From an uncultured Oligoflexia bacterium (GTDB taxonomy: Bacteria; Bdellovibrionota; UBA1018; UBA6935): a stretch of 29,227 nt of DNA. The stretch spans positions 1 to 29,227 of the forward strand of contig CAXGWU010000036.1 in NCBI GenBank assembly GCA_964013565.1, read 5' to 3'. Made by a program: the position numbers and the translations under genes. The notes under the pieces are model-generated. The model was given only the letters and a program-made list of their open reading frames with translations, did not search any database and had not been told where the DNA came from. Position 1 is the first letter of the stretch, and each line of letters opens with the position of its first letter. Below, in pieces: positions 17,997-25,385 of this stretch.

Positions 17997-18283
17997 AGTT
18001 TATGTAACAAGAAGTGAATGGAAGACTCAAATCCTATAGGGAGTGAGTGTATTTCCTGAAGCTTTGGCAGGGGTGCAGCAATTCCTGTCACAATAAAACA
18101 GACCTCTGGTCGTTGGTTTCGCAATAAGAAATTTTCTCTTTTGCAAAGTCAGTGGGGATCTATAAGTTCGTTTGAATTTTTTCAAAATTGAACTTTGAAG
18201 GGGAGTCCTACGCCTTTTAGAAGAGAAAACGGGGTTTCTTATGGGTGATCCATCAGGAAGAGGTGCGCACTTAGGAGGAAACT

Positions 18284-19117
18284 ATGGGTATGCGTGTAAA
18301 TACAAATGTTCAGTCGATTGCGGCTCAACGGACGTTGGAAAAAAATAATATTTCTCAGCAAAAATCAATTGAGAAACTAGCAGCAGGTACTCGAATTGTT
18401 CGAGCGGCCGACGATGCAGCTGGTTTAGCAATTTCTGAGAGAATGAGAGCTAACATTGGTTCGATTCGTCAGAACGCAAGAAACGCTCAAGACGGAATCT
18501 CAATGATTCAGGTTGCTGAAGGATCTTTTAATGAAATTAATAACGTTTTAGTGCGTTTTAGAGAGCTTGCTGTTCAAAGTGCCTCTGACACTATTGGTGA
18601 TAAAGAGCGATCTTACATTGATAAAGAGGTTCAGCAATTGAAACAAGAGGTTGATCGAATCGCAAATGGTACTGAGTTTAATGGAAAAAATCTATTAAAT
18701 GGAAGTGGTGAGGTTCTACAGATTCAAGTAGGTCCGATGAATGATCCAGAGCTCGATCGATTTTATTTGGATACGTCTAAGACGAATTCAACGACTGATG
18801 CTTTAGGTCTTGCAGATTTCAATACGCTTTCAAGAGAAGCTTCCCAAGAGTCTCTTGCAGCAATTGATAACGCAATTGATATGGTTGTAGAAAATCGTTC
18901 TGATCTAGGTGCTCAACAAAATAGACTTGAGTCTACCATCAGAAACTTAAAAATCTATGATGAGAACTTATCAGCTGCGAGAAGTCGAATCTATGATGTC
19001 GATATTGCAAGTGAGACTGCTGAATTGACTCGTTCAAATATCTTAACTTCTGCAGGTGTGTCGGTTCTCAGTCAAGCAAATCAAAATAGTATGAGAGCGT
19101 TACAGCTTCTAGGATAA
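18284..19117 (+). CDS. fliC: Flagellin 1
   Basis: 277 aa, MGMRVNTNVQSIAAQRTLEKNN N-terminus and ANQNSMRALQLL C-terminus typical of short flagellins; RBS TTAGGAGGAA. Confidence 0.95.
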   Translation: MGMRVNTNVQSIAAQRTLEKNNISQQKSIEKLAAGTRIVRAADDAAGLAISERMRANIGSIRQNARNAQDGISMIQVAEGSFNEINNVLVRFRELAVQSASDTIGDKERSYIDKEVQQLKQEVDRIANGTEFNGKNLLNGSGEVLQIQVGPMNDPELDRFYLDTSKTNSTTDALGLADFNTLSREASQESLAAIDNAIDMVVENRSDLGAQQNRLESTIRNLKIYDENLSAARSRIYDVDIASETAELTRSNILTSAGVSVLSQANQNSMRALQLLG

Positions 19118-19149
19118 GCTTCAGAGAACAGATAACTTTCTTATATCAT

Positions 19150-19208
19150 TCGTCTTTTGGGATTATGGGTAAAACCAGGTCTCAAAAGACGATAAATTTG
19201 TTTTTTTA
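19150..19208 (+). terminator. Rho-independent terminator candidate after flagellin 1
   Basis: Stem TCGTCTTTTG…CAAAAGACGA (10 bp) followed by a T-rich tract (TAAATTTGTTTTTTT). Confidence 0.7.
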
Positions 19209-19209
19209 C

Positions 19210-19236
19210 TAAAGTATTTACGCAGTGCTCCGATAT
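19210..19236 (+). promoter_or_regulatory. Sigma-28-like promoter for flagellin 2
   Basis: TAAAGTAT-N11-TCCGATAT, near-consensus to TAAAGTTT-N11-GCCGATAA. Confidence 0.75.
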
Positions 19237-19243
19237 GCTTATT

Positions 19244-19270
19244 GTCAGCAAGGAAAGGTTCCTTGGTGAC
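19244..19270 (+). promoter_or_regulatory. Leader hairpin at the predicted 5' end of the flagellin 2 transcript
   Basis: GTCAGCAAGGAA-AGG-TTCCTTGGTGAC; 12-bp stem with a single mismatch, starting about 7 nt after the -10 element. Confidence 0.55.
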
Positions 19271-19514
19271 GGTCAAAGTCTCCGTGAATGCACGGGGAGG
19301 TGATGTCAGAAGCAGAGAAAAGCTTTCTTTCATCGATACGGTATAGCCTAAGTTTCGTCTTTTTCATTCGTAAAAAGCAGCTTAGTTTTTTCAATTCATA
19401 TTTTCTCAAGACCTTGATCTAAACAATAACTTTTGTTTCTAAGAGAACTTTGTCTCGGCCTTTTGGTTTCCAAAGCTTCTTTTTAGAAACGATAACCATT
19501 GAGGTACGTTTGTT

Positions 19515-20348
19515 ATGGGCTTGAGAGTAAATACAAATATTGCATCGTTAGCAGCACAAAGAGTTGTGCGAAATCGAAGTTTAGAGCAAGAAAAATCTTA
19601 TCAGAGATTGGCAACTGGGCGAAGAATTGTCAATGCAGGTGACGACGCAGCCGGTTTATCTATTAGTGAAAATCTGCGTGCACAGATTCGTTCAATGCAT
19701 CAGGCAGAAAGAAATGCGAATGACGGAATTTCTTTTGTTCAGGTTGCAGAAGGTGGCCTTAATGAAATAGCAAATATGCTCGTTCGTTTAAGAGAGCTTT
19801 CTATTCAGGCAGCTTCAGATACTGTCGGTGACCGTGAACGAGGTTTTATTCAAACGGAAGTAGAAAGCATTGTTGGTGAGATCGATCGCATCGCAAATGT
19901 AACCTCATTTAATGGAACAAATTTGTTAAATGGAGAAAGCGACAAAGGTGATCTTGATATTCAAGTGGGAATTCGAAATAAGGAACCCGACCGAGTCAAT
20001 TTATCAATAGACGAGAATGATGTGACTACGTCTGCTCTAGGAATTGATGGGATTGAGGCTTCAAGTATTGGCTCTGCAAGAGACTCTTTGGATTCAATTG
20101 ATAATGCAATTGATCGAGTGAGTGGATCAAGAGCTCGATTAGGTGCTGCACAAAATAAACTCAGATCAAGAGTGAATAATCTTTCTATTAATAGACAGAA
20201 TTTAGAAGCAGCAAGATCAAGAGTGATTGATACTGATATTGCAGATGAAAGTGCGAAATTGGTCACTCATAATATTCTAAAAAGTACTGGAATTTCAGTT
20301 TTGGCTCAGGCAAACGTCGCGCCAATGAAAGCTTTGGAATTAATCTAA
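19515..20348 (+). CDS. fliC: Flagellin 2
   Basis: 277 aa, MGLRVNTNIASLAAQRVVRNRS…; C-terminal SILAQ/NVAPMKALELI-type end; paralog of flagellin 1. Confidence 0.95.
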   Translation: MGLRVNTNIASLAAQRVVRNRSLEQEKSYQRLATGRRIVNAGDDAAGLSISENLRAQIRSMHQAERNANDGISFVQVAEGGLNEIANMLVRLRELSIQAASDTVGDRERGFIQTEVESIVGEIDRIANVTSFNGTNLLNGESDKGDLDIQVGIRNKEPDRVNLSIDENDVTTSALGIDGIEASSIGSARDSLDSIDNAIDRVSGSRARLGAAQNKLRSRVNNLSINRQNLEAARSRVIDTDIADESAKLVTHNILKSTGISVLAQANVAPMKALELI

Positions 20349-20464
20349 GTTAGGTACACTTAAGGGAAGAAAGGACATTGATGCCTTTCTTCCCTTATAA
20401 AAGTTTTAAAAATTGCGCCCAAATCCTTTTTGTAATAGTGCAAAAAGGGTTTAAGAAGCCCATT

Positions 20465-20501
20465 CCCCCTAGGATTGCCGAGAGCCTAGGGGGTTTTTTT
20501 T
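20465..20501 (+). terminator. Strong Rho-independent terminator after flagellin 2
   Basis: CCCCCTAGG (20465-20473) / CCTAGGGGG (20485-20493), followed by eight T. Confidence 0.95.
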
Positions 20502-20563
20502 GTCAAAAATATGACTTCATTTTTCTTTTAAATATTCCGTAAAGCTATTAAGAGGGTTTTTAC

Positions 20564-20914
20564 GTGAAAATCGGCAATTTACTCATCAATTCAATTCATA
20601 AAATACAGTCTAAAAAAGACGCTCAAGACTCTTTTAAAGAACACCTTGAACAAGAACAAAAGAAACAAGACTCTGAACCAGAAAAAAAAGAATTATCAGA
20701 AGAAGAATTAACCGATGCGATTGAAAATTTTGAGAGCGCTAAGTTTGCAAAAGAAAGAGGAATTCACGCAAGTGTGACTCCAGGCTTAAGAGTAGTGTTA
20801 TCTGATTCTCAAGGAAAGCAAATACGTCAAATGAGTGGCGAAGAGTTTCTTGATTTACGAACCGCTGTTCAAGAACAAGTTTCTCAAGGAAAGTTAATTG
20901 ATAAAAAGATTTGA
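20564..20914 (+). CDS. FlaG-like/flagellar-locus small protein
   Basis: 116 aa; C-terminal GLRVVLSDSQGKQIRQMSGEEFLDL resembles the FlaG 'RQIP-x-E' region; position between flagellin and fliD. Confidence 0.5.
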   Translation: MKIGNLLINSIHKIQSKKDAQDSFKEHLEQEQKKQDSEPEKKELSEEELTDAIENFESAKFAKERGIHASVTPGLRVVLSDSQGKQIRQMSGEEFLDLRTAVQEQVSQGKLIDKKI

Positions 20915-20955
20915 TGCCTCTTGGATCTTTTTGATGTCTCAGTTATGTTCATTTT

Positions 20956-21708
20956 ATGGATGTCTATGTTATTTCTGATCTTCATATAGAATCTTCGAGA
21001 GACTCTATCTATCAAGATTTATTAAATTTAATCGAAAATGAACCAATGAGTGGGGACTTCTTTGTTTTTGCAGGAGATATTTTTGACCATTGGATCGGAA
21101 ACAAGCAATTTTATCAAAAAAATTTCGAAAAATTTATTTCTATCGTTCAAAAAAAATCAAAAGAGGGAGTGATCTTCTATTATATAGAAGGAAATCATGA
21201 TTTTCTTTTAAAAGGAATTTTTGGAGAAAGTTCTTCAATTAATATAGTGGATTCTTTTGTAGCTCTTGAGCATGATTCTCGAAAAATAATCATTACTCAT
21301 GGTGATCTGGCAAATCCTCACGATAAGTCTTATCTTTTGTTAAGAAAATTTTGGAGAAGTATTTGGATTAAATGTTTTGTAGCAATTTCATCAGGTCAAT
21401 TTATTGACTTTTTAGGAAGAACGCTTAGTCGCGGATCCTCTCAAACACGTATAGAAGAACGTCTTGCCCCTGATGAAAAGTCCATTTCTAGATTAAGAGA
21501 AATATATCATCAGTACGCAGAAAAGTTTTTTTCAAAAGGATTTGATTGTGTGGTGGCAGGCCATTGTCATGATCGTGACGAATATCGAAAAAAAATAGGG
21601 GAAAAAGAATTTCAATACATCAATGTGGGATTTCCTCGAGTTCATGGAGAGTACCTTGTTAAGTCGCAGGGGAGTATGTATTTTAAAAGAGTTCATTTCA
21701 CCAGGTAA
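20956..21708 (+). CDS. LpxH-like metallophosphoesterase (UDP-2,3-diacylglucosamine hydrolase family)
   Basis: ISDLHIES, FVFAGDIFDHWIGN, IEGNHDFLLKG, THGDLANPHD, VVAGHCHD. Confidence 0.8.
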   Translation: MDVYVISDLHIESSRDSIYQDLLNLIENEPMSGDFFVFAGDIFDHWIGNKQFYQKNFEKFISIVQKKSKEGVIFYYIEGNHDFLLKGIFGESSSINIVDSFVALEHDSRKIIITHGDLANPHDKSYLLLRKFWRSIWIKCFVAISSGQFIDFLGRTLSRGSSQTRIEERLAPDEKSISRLREIYHQYAEKFFSKGFDCVVAGHCHDRDEYRKKIGEKEFQYINVGFPRVHGEYLVKSQGSMYFKRVHFTR

Positions 21709-21809
21709 ATTCTTCCGATTGGAAATCATTTCATCTCTTATCATAATAAAAAGACAAGTTCTCTTAGGATGAGAGGGCTTATTTTAGAAATAAAGGATCA
21801 GGAGGATCC

Positions 21810-23198
21810 GTGGGTTTGCGATTCGACCCTTCTGGAGGGCAATTTCAACAGGCTATTAATAAAATTATAGAGGCAGAGTCTCAGCCTATTCGTTCGCTTG
21901 AGGGTAGAAAAAAAACTCAAGAACAAAAACTCAAGCTTTTTAACGAGTTTAAAGGAATGTTCTCTGATTTCAAAAAAGAAATTAATGAAATATCTAATGT
22001 AAGAAAATTAAGAGAGTTGAAAGTTGATTTAGGAGATGGAGAAGGATTTATTAACGTCACTGTAGATAAAGAAGTGGCTCAAACAGGCACCTTCAATATT
22101 GAAATTGATCGTCTTGCGGGTAGAACAGGGGCAATTACAAATGGATTTGAAAACCCAGATGAAAAGTCTTTAGGAATTGGATTTATTGCGGTTAGTACTG
22201 TAGATCAAAACTATGAAATTTTCATAGATGAAGAGGAAAGTAGTTTACACGGTGTAGCTCGAAAAATTAATGATGATCCTAATGCTCCAATTACGGCATC
22301 AGTCATTAGGGATGTGTATGATCCAGATAATCCATGGAAGCTTATTTTTAACGCTAAAAACGACGGTGAACTCGTAGAAGTTGAAACTCCAGAGTTATAT
22401 TTTATGGATGGAAATTCTACTATCTGGATCGATAATGATCGTGAAGCACAAAATGCGTTTCTAACGGTAAATGGTTTTGAAGTAGATGCAGAATCTAATG
22501 ATATTTCAAATTTTCTACAGGGAGTAAATTTACAACTTTTAAAAGAAAGACCAGATTCTCCTATAACAGTGACTATTTCTGAAGATTTTGAAAAAATTAC
22601 TGGAAAAGTAGATGCAGTCGTAAAAAAAATAAATGATGTTTTAGACTTTATCAATAAACAAAACCAGGTCGATGATAGTTCAGATACCTCTTCAACTTTT
22701 ACTGGAGATACGGGTTTAACAAATATCGAATATCGTCTTAGGAACTTAATGCATGAAGGATTTCCAGTTCATTGGAAAGAAGATGGTGAATACGATATTT
22801 TTAATTTGAACAAACTTGGAATTTCATTCAATCGAAGTGGAAATTTAACTTTTGATAAAAATAAATTTAACAAGTTGATGGAAGAAGATTTTGGTGCAGT
22901 ATCAGAATCTTTAGCAGGTGAATATGGATTTGCCCATCAATTAGATTCTGTGATTTCTGGTTGGACTCGTCCAGTCGATGGATTTTTAAGTTCTAGAGAG
23001 AAGTCTTTAAAGAGACGAATTCAAAATATTGATGATCAGATTAATCGAAAAACAGACGCACTTGAAAGAAGGGCTCAAGCCTTAACTCAGCGTTTTGCGC
23101 GTTTACAGGGGAGCTTGGCGAGCATGCAGGCTCAACAAGCATATGTTCAAGCAAATTTAGGAGGTGGTGGTGATTTATTGGGCCAGCTCTTGGGATAG
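21810..23198 (+). CDS. fliD: Flagellar filament cap FliD
   Basis: 462 aa; N-terminal D0-like INKIIEAESQPIRSLEGRKKTQEQKLKLFNEFKGMFSDFKKEI and C-terminal RRAQALTQRFARLQGSLASMQAQQAYVQANLGG; GTG start with AGGAGG RBS. Confidence 0.9.
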   Translation: MGLRFDPSGGQFQQAINKIIEAESQPIRSLEGRKKTQEQKLKLFNEFKGMFSDFKKEINEISNVRKLRELKVDLGDGEGFINVTVDKEVAQTGTFNIEIDRLAGRTGAITNGFENPDEKSLGIGFIAVSTVDQNYEIFIDEEESSLHGVARKINDDPNAPITASVIRDVYDPDNPWKLIFNAKNDGELVEVETPELYFMDGNSTIWIDNDREAQNAFLTVNGFEVDAESNDISNFLQGVNLQLLKERPDSPITVTISEDFEKITGKVDAVVKKINDVLDFINKQNQVDDSSDTSSTFTGDTGLTNIEYRLRNLMHEGFPVHWKEDGEYDIFNLNKLGISFNRSGNLTFDKNKFNKLMEEDFGAVSESLAGEYGFAHQLDSVISGWTRPVDGFLSSREKSLKRRIQNIDDQINRKTDALERRAQALTQRFARLQGSLASMQAQQAYVQANLGGGGDLLGQLLG

Positions 23199-23207
23199 GA
23201 GAAAAAA

Positions 23208-23609
23208 ATGAGCAATGGATATGGAGCATATAAGCAAACAGCCGTAATGACAGCGAGTCCCGTTCAAATTTTATTAATGCTTTACGAGGCTGCCATTAAA
23301 TATGTCAAAAAAGCATCGATCGCAATTGATAAAGAGGATATGAAAATCAAAGGTGAATCAATAATCAAGGCACATGACATTGTGATCGAATTAACGACTT
23401 CTTTAGATCATGAAAAAGGTGGAAAAGTTGCTGAAGATTTAGAAGCCCTGTACAATTTTATGACAGAGAAGCTCGTAAGCGCTAATCTGAATAATAGCAA
23501 GGAAGATTTAGCTGCTGTTCAAAAATCTCTTGAAACTTTACTGGAAGGCTGGAGAGGTGCAGCAGAAAAAATAGCTAAAGGGATAGCCGATCAAGGAACG
23601 AATGGTTAG
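23208..23609 (+). CDS. fliS: Flagellin export chaperone FliS
   Basis: 133 aa; YKQTAVMTASPVQILLMLYEAAIKYVKKA typical of FliS. Confidence 0.93.
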   Translation: MSNGYGAYKQTAVMTASPVQILLMLYEAAIKYVKKASIAIDKEDMKIKGESIIKAHDIVIELTTSLDHEKGGKVAEDLEALYNFMTEKLVSANLNNSKEDLAAVQKSLETLLEGWRGAAEKIAKGIADQGTNG

Positions 23610-23612
23610 AGT

Positions 23613-24041
23613 ATGAATATCGTTGAACTCGTAGTACAGAAAAATAAACTTTTAAGAAAGTTTAGAGATTTAACTGTCCACTTTATTAATACACCACTGG
23701 ATCCTCAGTTAGTACAGCTTATACATTTACAAAATAAACGAGATTCTGTGATTAAAGCATGTGAAATTGTTGATGATCAGATCAATCGAAAATTAAAAGA
23801 AATAGAAAAACTAAAATTATCTGAATCTGATCGATTGCATTTAAAGTCTGAATTTGAAGAAAAAGAAAGAATTGTACAAGAAATAAAAGTTTTAGATGAA
23901 AAAGTAATTCAAATGATTCGAGAGGAACAAGATAAGGTTTCTTTAGAAATGACTAAAACTAAAGAAAAAACATCAAAAATGAATAAATTTAAAAGTAAAA
24001 ATGAAAAAGATCGAGGTCGGGAGTTAGATCAACAAGTATGA
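23613..24041 (+). CDS. Coiled-coil protein in FliT-like position
   Basis: 142 aa, highly charged helical; follows fliS by 3 nt. Confidence 0.5.
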   Translation: MNIVELVVQKNKLLRKFRDLTVHFINTPLDPQLVQLIHLQNKRDSVIKACEIVDDQINRKLKEIEKLKLSESDRLHLKSEFEEKERIVQEIKVLDEKVIQMIREEQDKVSLEMTKTKEKTSKMNKFKSKNEKDRGRELDQQV

Positions 24042-25165
24042 ATCAAAATGATTTAGACATTCAAAATAAAATTTTGGATACGATAAAAAACAAAACTGAT
24101 TTTAAAGATTCAACAGAGATTGATATGATTCGTTATGGAAAAGATCCAAACTCTGAATCATATCTTGTTACTGTAAATGATAAAATTAATGATAAAATAA
24201 TAAAGGAATTTGATGAAGAGCAAGAACAGAGTCGGCCTTATCGATCTTCCCCTAAGTTGAGACCTGCGTTTTCAAAGACAGGTACATTAGATATCGAGTT
24301 TTTATTTGAAAATGCAAAAATATTAGTAAAAGCAAAAGACTTTGATTTAGCGAGAAATATTTATAATGCCATTATTAAAAATGGAAGTCATTCAGCAGAA
24401 GGTCTGTTTGGAATAGCGATTACTTATGAAGGTGAGAAAGACTATGAAAAAGCACTTTCTTATTATGAAGAGTCCGCAGCATATCACCCTTCTTTTAAAA
24501 CTTTCAAAAGACTTTGTTCAGTATTGCAACGGCTTGGTCGTTGGACTTATGCAGCAGAAACTTATGAAAGAGCTTTGTTACTGAAAAACGTCGAAAATGA
24601 AGATCAAGTTTATCTCCATTTTCAGGCAGCTGAATGTTGGCAAAAAGCAGAACGGTTTACTGAAGCAGAAATTCACTATAAGCAGGTGACAAAAATCGCG
24701 CCTAAAGACTCAAGAAGTTATAATGCATTAGGATCATTAGAAATGAGCAGAAATCGTGTTCCTGAAGCTCTTGAGTATTTTAAAAAAGGAAGTCAGATAC
24801 ACTCAGAAGATGCATCTTCTTATTTTGGTATGGGCTCATGCTATTTAAGTCTAGGAAAAAGGCTTCAAGCAATGGATTCATTTGCAAAAAGTTTAGAAAG
24901 AAATATTCAAAATCCAACAGCTATTTTTTATTTAGTAAGATTGGGTTTTGAACTTAAACTTTACGAAAAAGCGGAAAAACTAGTTCAAAAGTATGTAAAT
25001 CAAGCACCGATTAATCCTAATCTTTTGTATAGCTTGGCTGCAATGCAATACCATATTCATCACTATGAAGATTCACTTAAAAATATACAAAAACTTTTAC
25101 AAATGAGAGCGGAACACGAAGGAGCTAAAAAACTCAAAAAGTTAGTTTTAAAAAAAATGAATTAA
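24038..25165 (+). CDS. TPR-repeat protein
   Basis: Repeated 34-residue helices: AEGLFGIAITYEGEKDYEKALSYYEESAAYHP; SRSYNALGSLEMSRNRVPEALEYFKKGSQIHS; SSYFGMGSCYLSLGKRLQAMDSFAKSLERN. Confidence 0.85.
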   Translation: MNQNDLDIQNKILDTIKNKTDFKDSTEIDMIRYGKDPNSESYLVTVNDKINDKIIKEFDEEQEQSRPYRSSPKLRPAFSKTGTLDIEFLFENAKILVKAKDFDLARNIYNAIIKNGSHSAEGLFGIAITYEGEKDYEKALSYYEESAAYHPSFKTFKRLCSVLQRLGRWTYAAETYERALLLKNVENEDQVYLHFQAAECWQKAERFTEAEIHYKQVTKIAPKDSRSYNALGSLEMSRNRVPEALEYFKKGSQIHSEDASSYFGMGSCYLSLGKRLQAMDSFAKSLERNIQNPTAIFYLVRLGFELKLYEKAEKLVQKYVNQAPINPNLLYSLAAMQYHIHHYEDSLKNIQKLLQMRAEHEGAKKLKKLVLKKMN

Positions 25166-25206
25166 TTAAAAGCTAAGGATGGGCTTTTTTCTGTCAAGGA
25201 GGACGG

Positions 25207-25383
25207 ATGATTGTTGATACGAAGTGGTTGAAGGGACGAATTGTCAAGGACCCAGAAGTAAATACGAAAGATATCGAAGGACTAATAGAAGGATTTTTAG
25301 ATAATTTAATTTCAGAGAAAACTCTAGGAAAAGTTAAAATAAACTCTAGAGTTGATAAAACGATAAAGCCAAGGAGCAAATAG
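25207..25383 (+). CDS. Small protein, 58 aa (MIVDTKWLKGRIVKDPEVNTKDIEGLIEGFLDNLISEKTLGKVKINSRVDKTIKPRSK)
   Basis: ATG preceded by AAGGAGGACGG; stop TAG at 25381-25383, 2 nt before the next ATG. Absent from the supplied ORF track. Confidence 0.7.
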   Translation: MIVDTKWLKGRIVKDPEVNTKDIEGLIEGFLDNLISEKTLGKVKINSRVDKTIKPRSK

Positions 25384-25385
25384 GC

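Noticed and set aside
17870-18124. 84-aa minus-strand ORF between meaB and flagellin 1
   Set aside because: Lies across the sigma-28-like promoter and leader of flagellin 1, low-complexity Phe/Leu/Ile-rich translation; the leader explanation is better.
19236-19314. Three-way-junction riboswitch-like fold closed by TGCTT/AAGCA
   Set aside because: The 5' closing strand (19236-19240) falls at the promoter -10 edge, upstream of the predicted transcript start, so it would not be in the RNA. No c-di-GMP-I or other known riboswitch signature was recognised.
20956-21708. LpxH-like phosphoesterase as a novel flagellar component
   Set aside because: Its motifs fit the lipid A precursor hydrolase family; location between flagellar genes alone is insufficient to propose a new role.
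22211-22654. 147-aa minus-strand ORF within fliD
   Set aside because: Antisense shadow ORF, Ser/Phe-rich, inside a confidently identified fliD.
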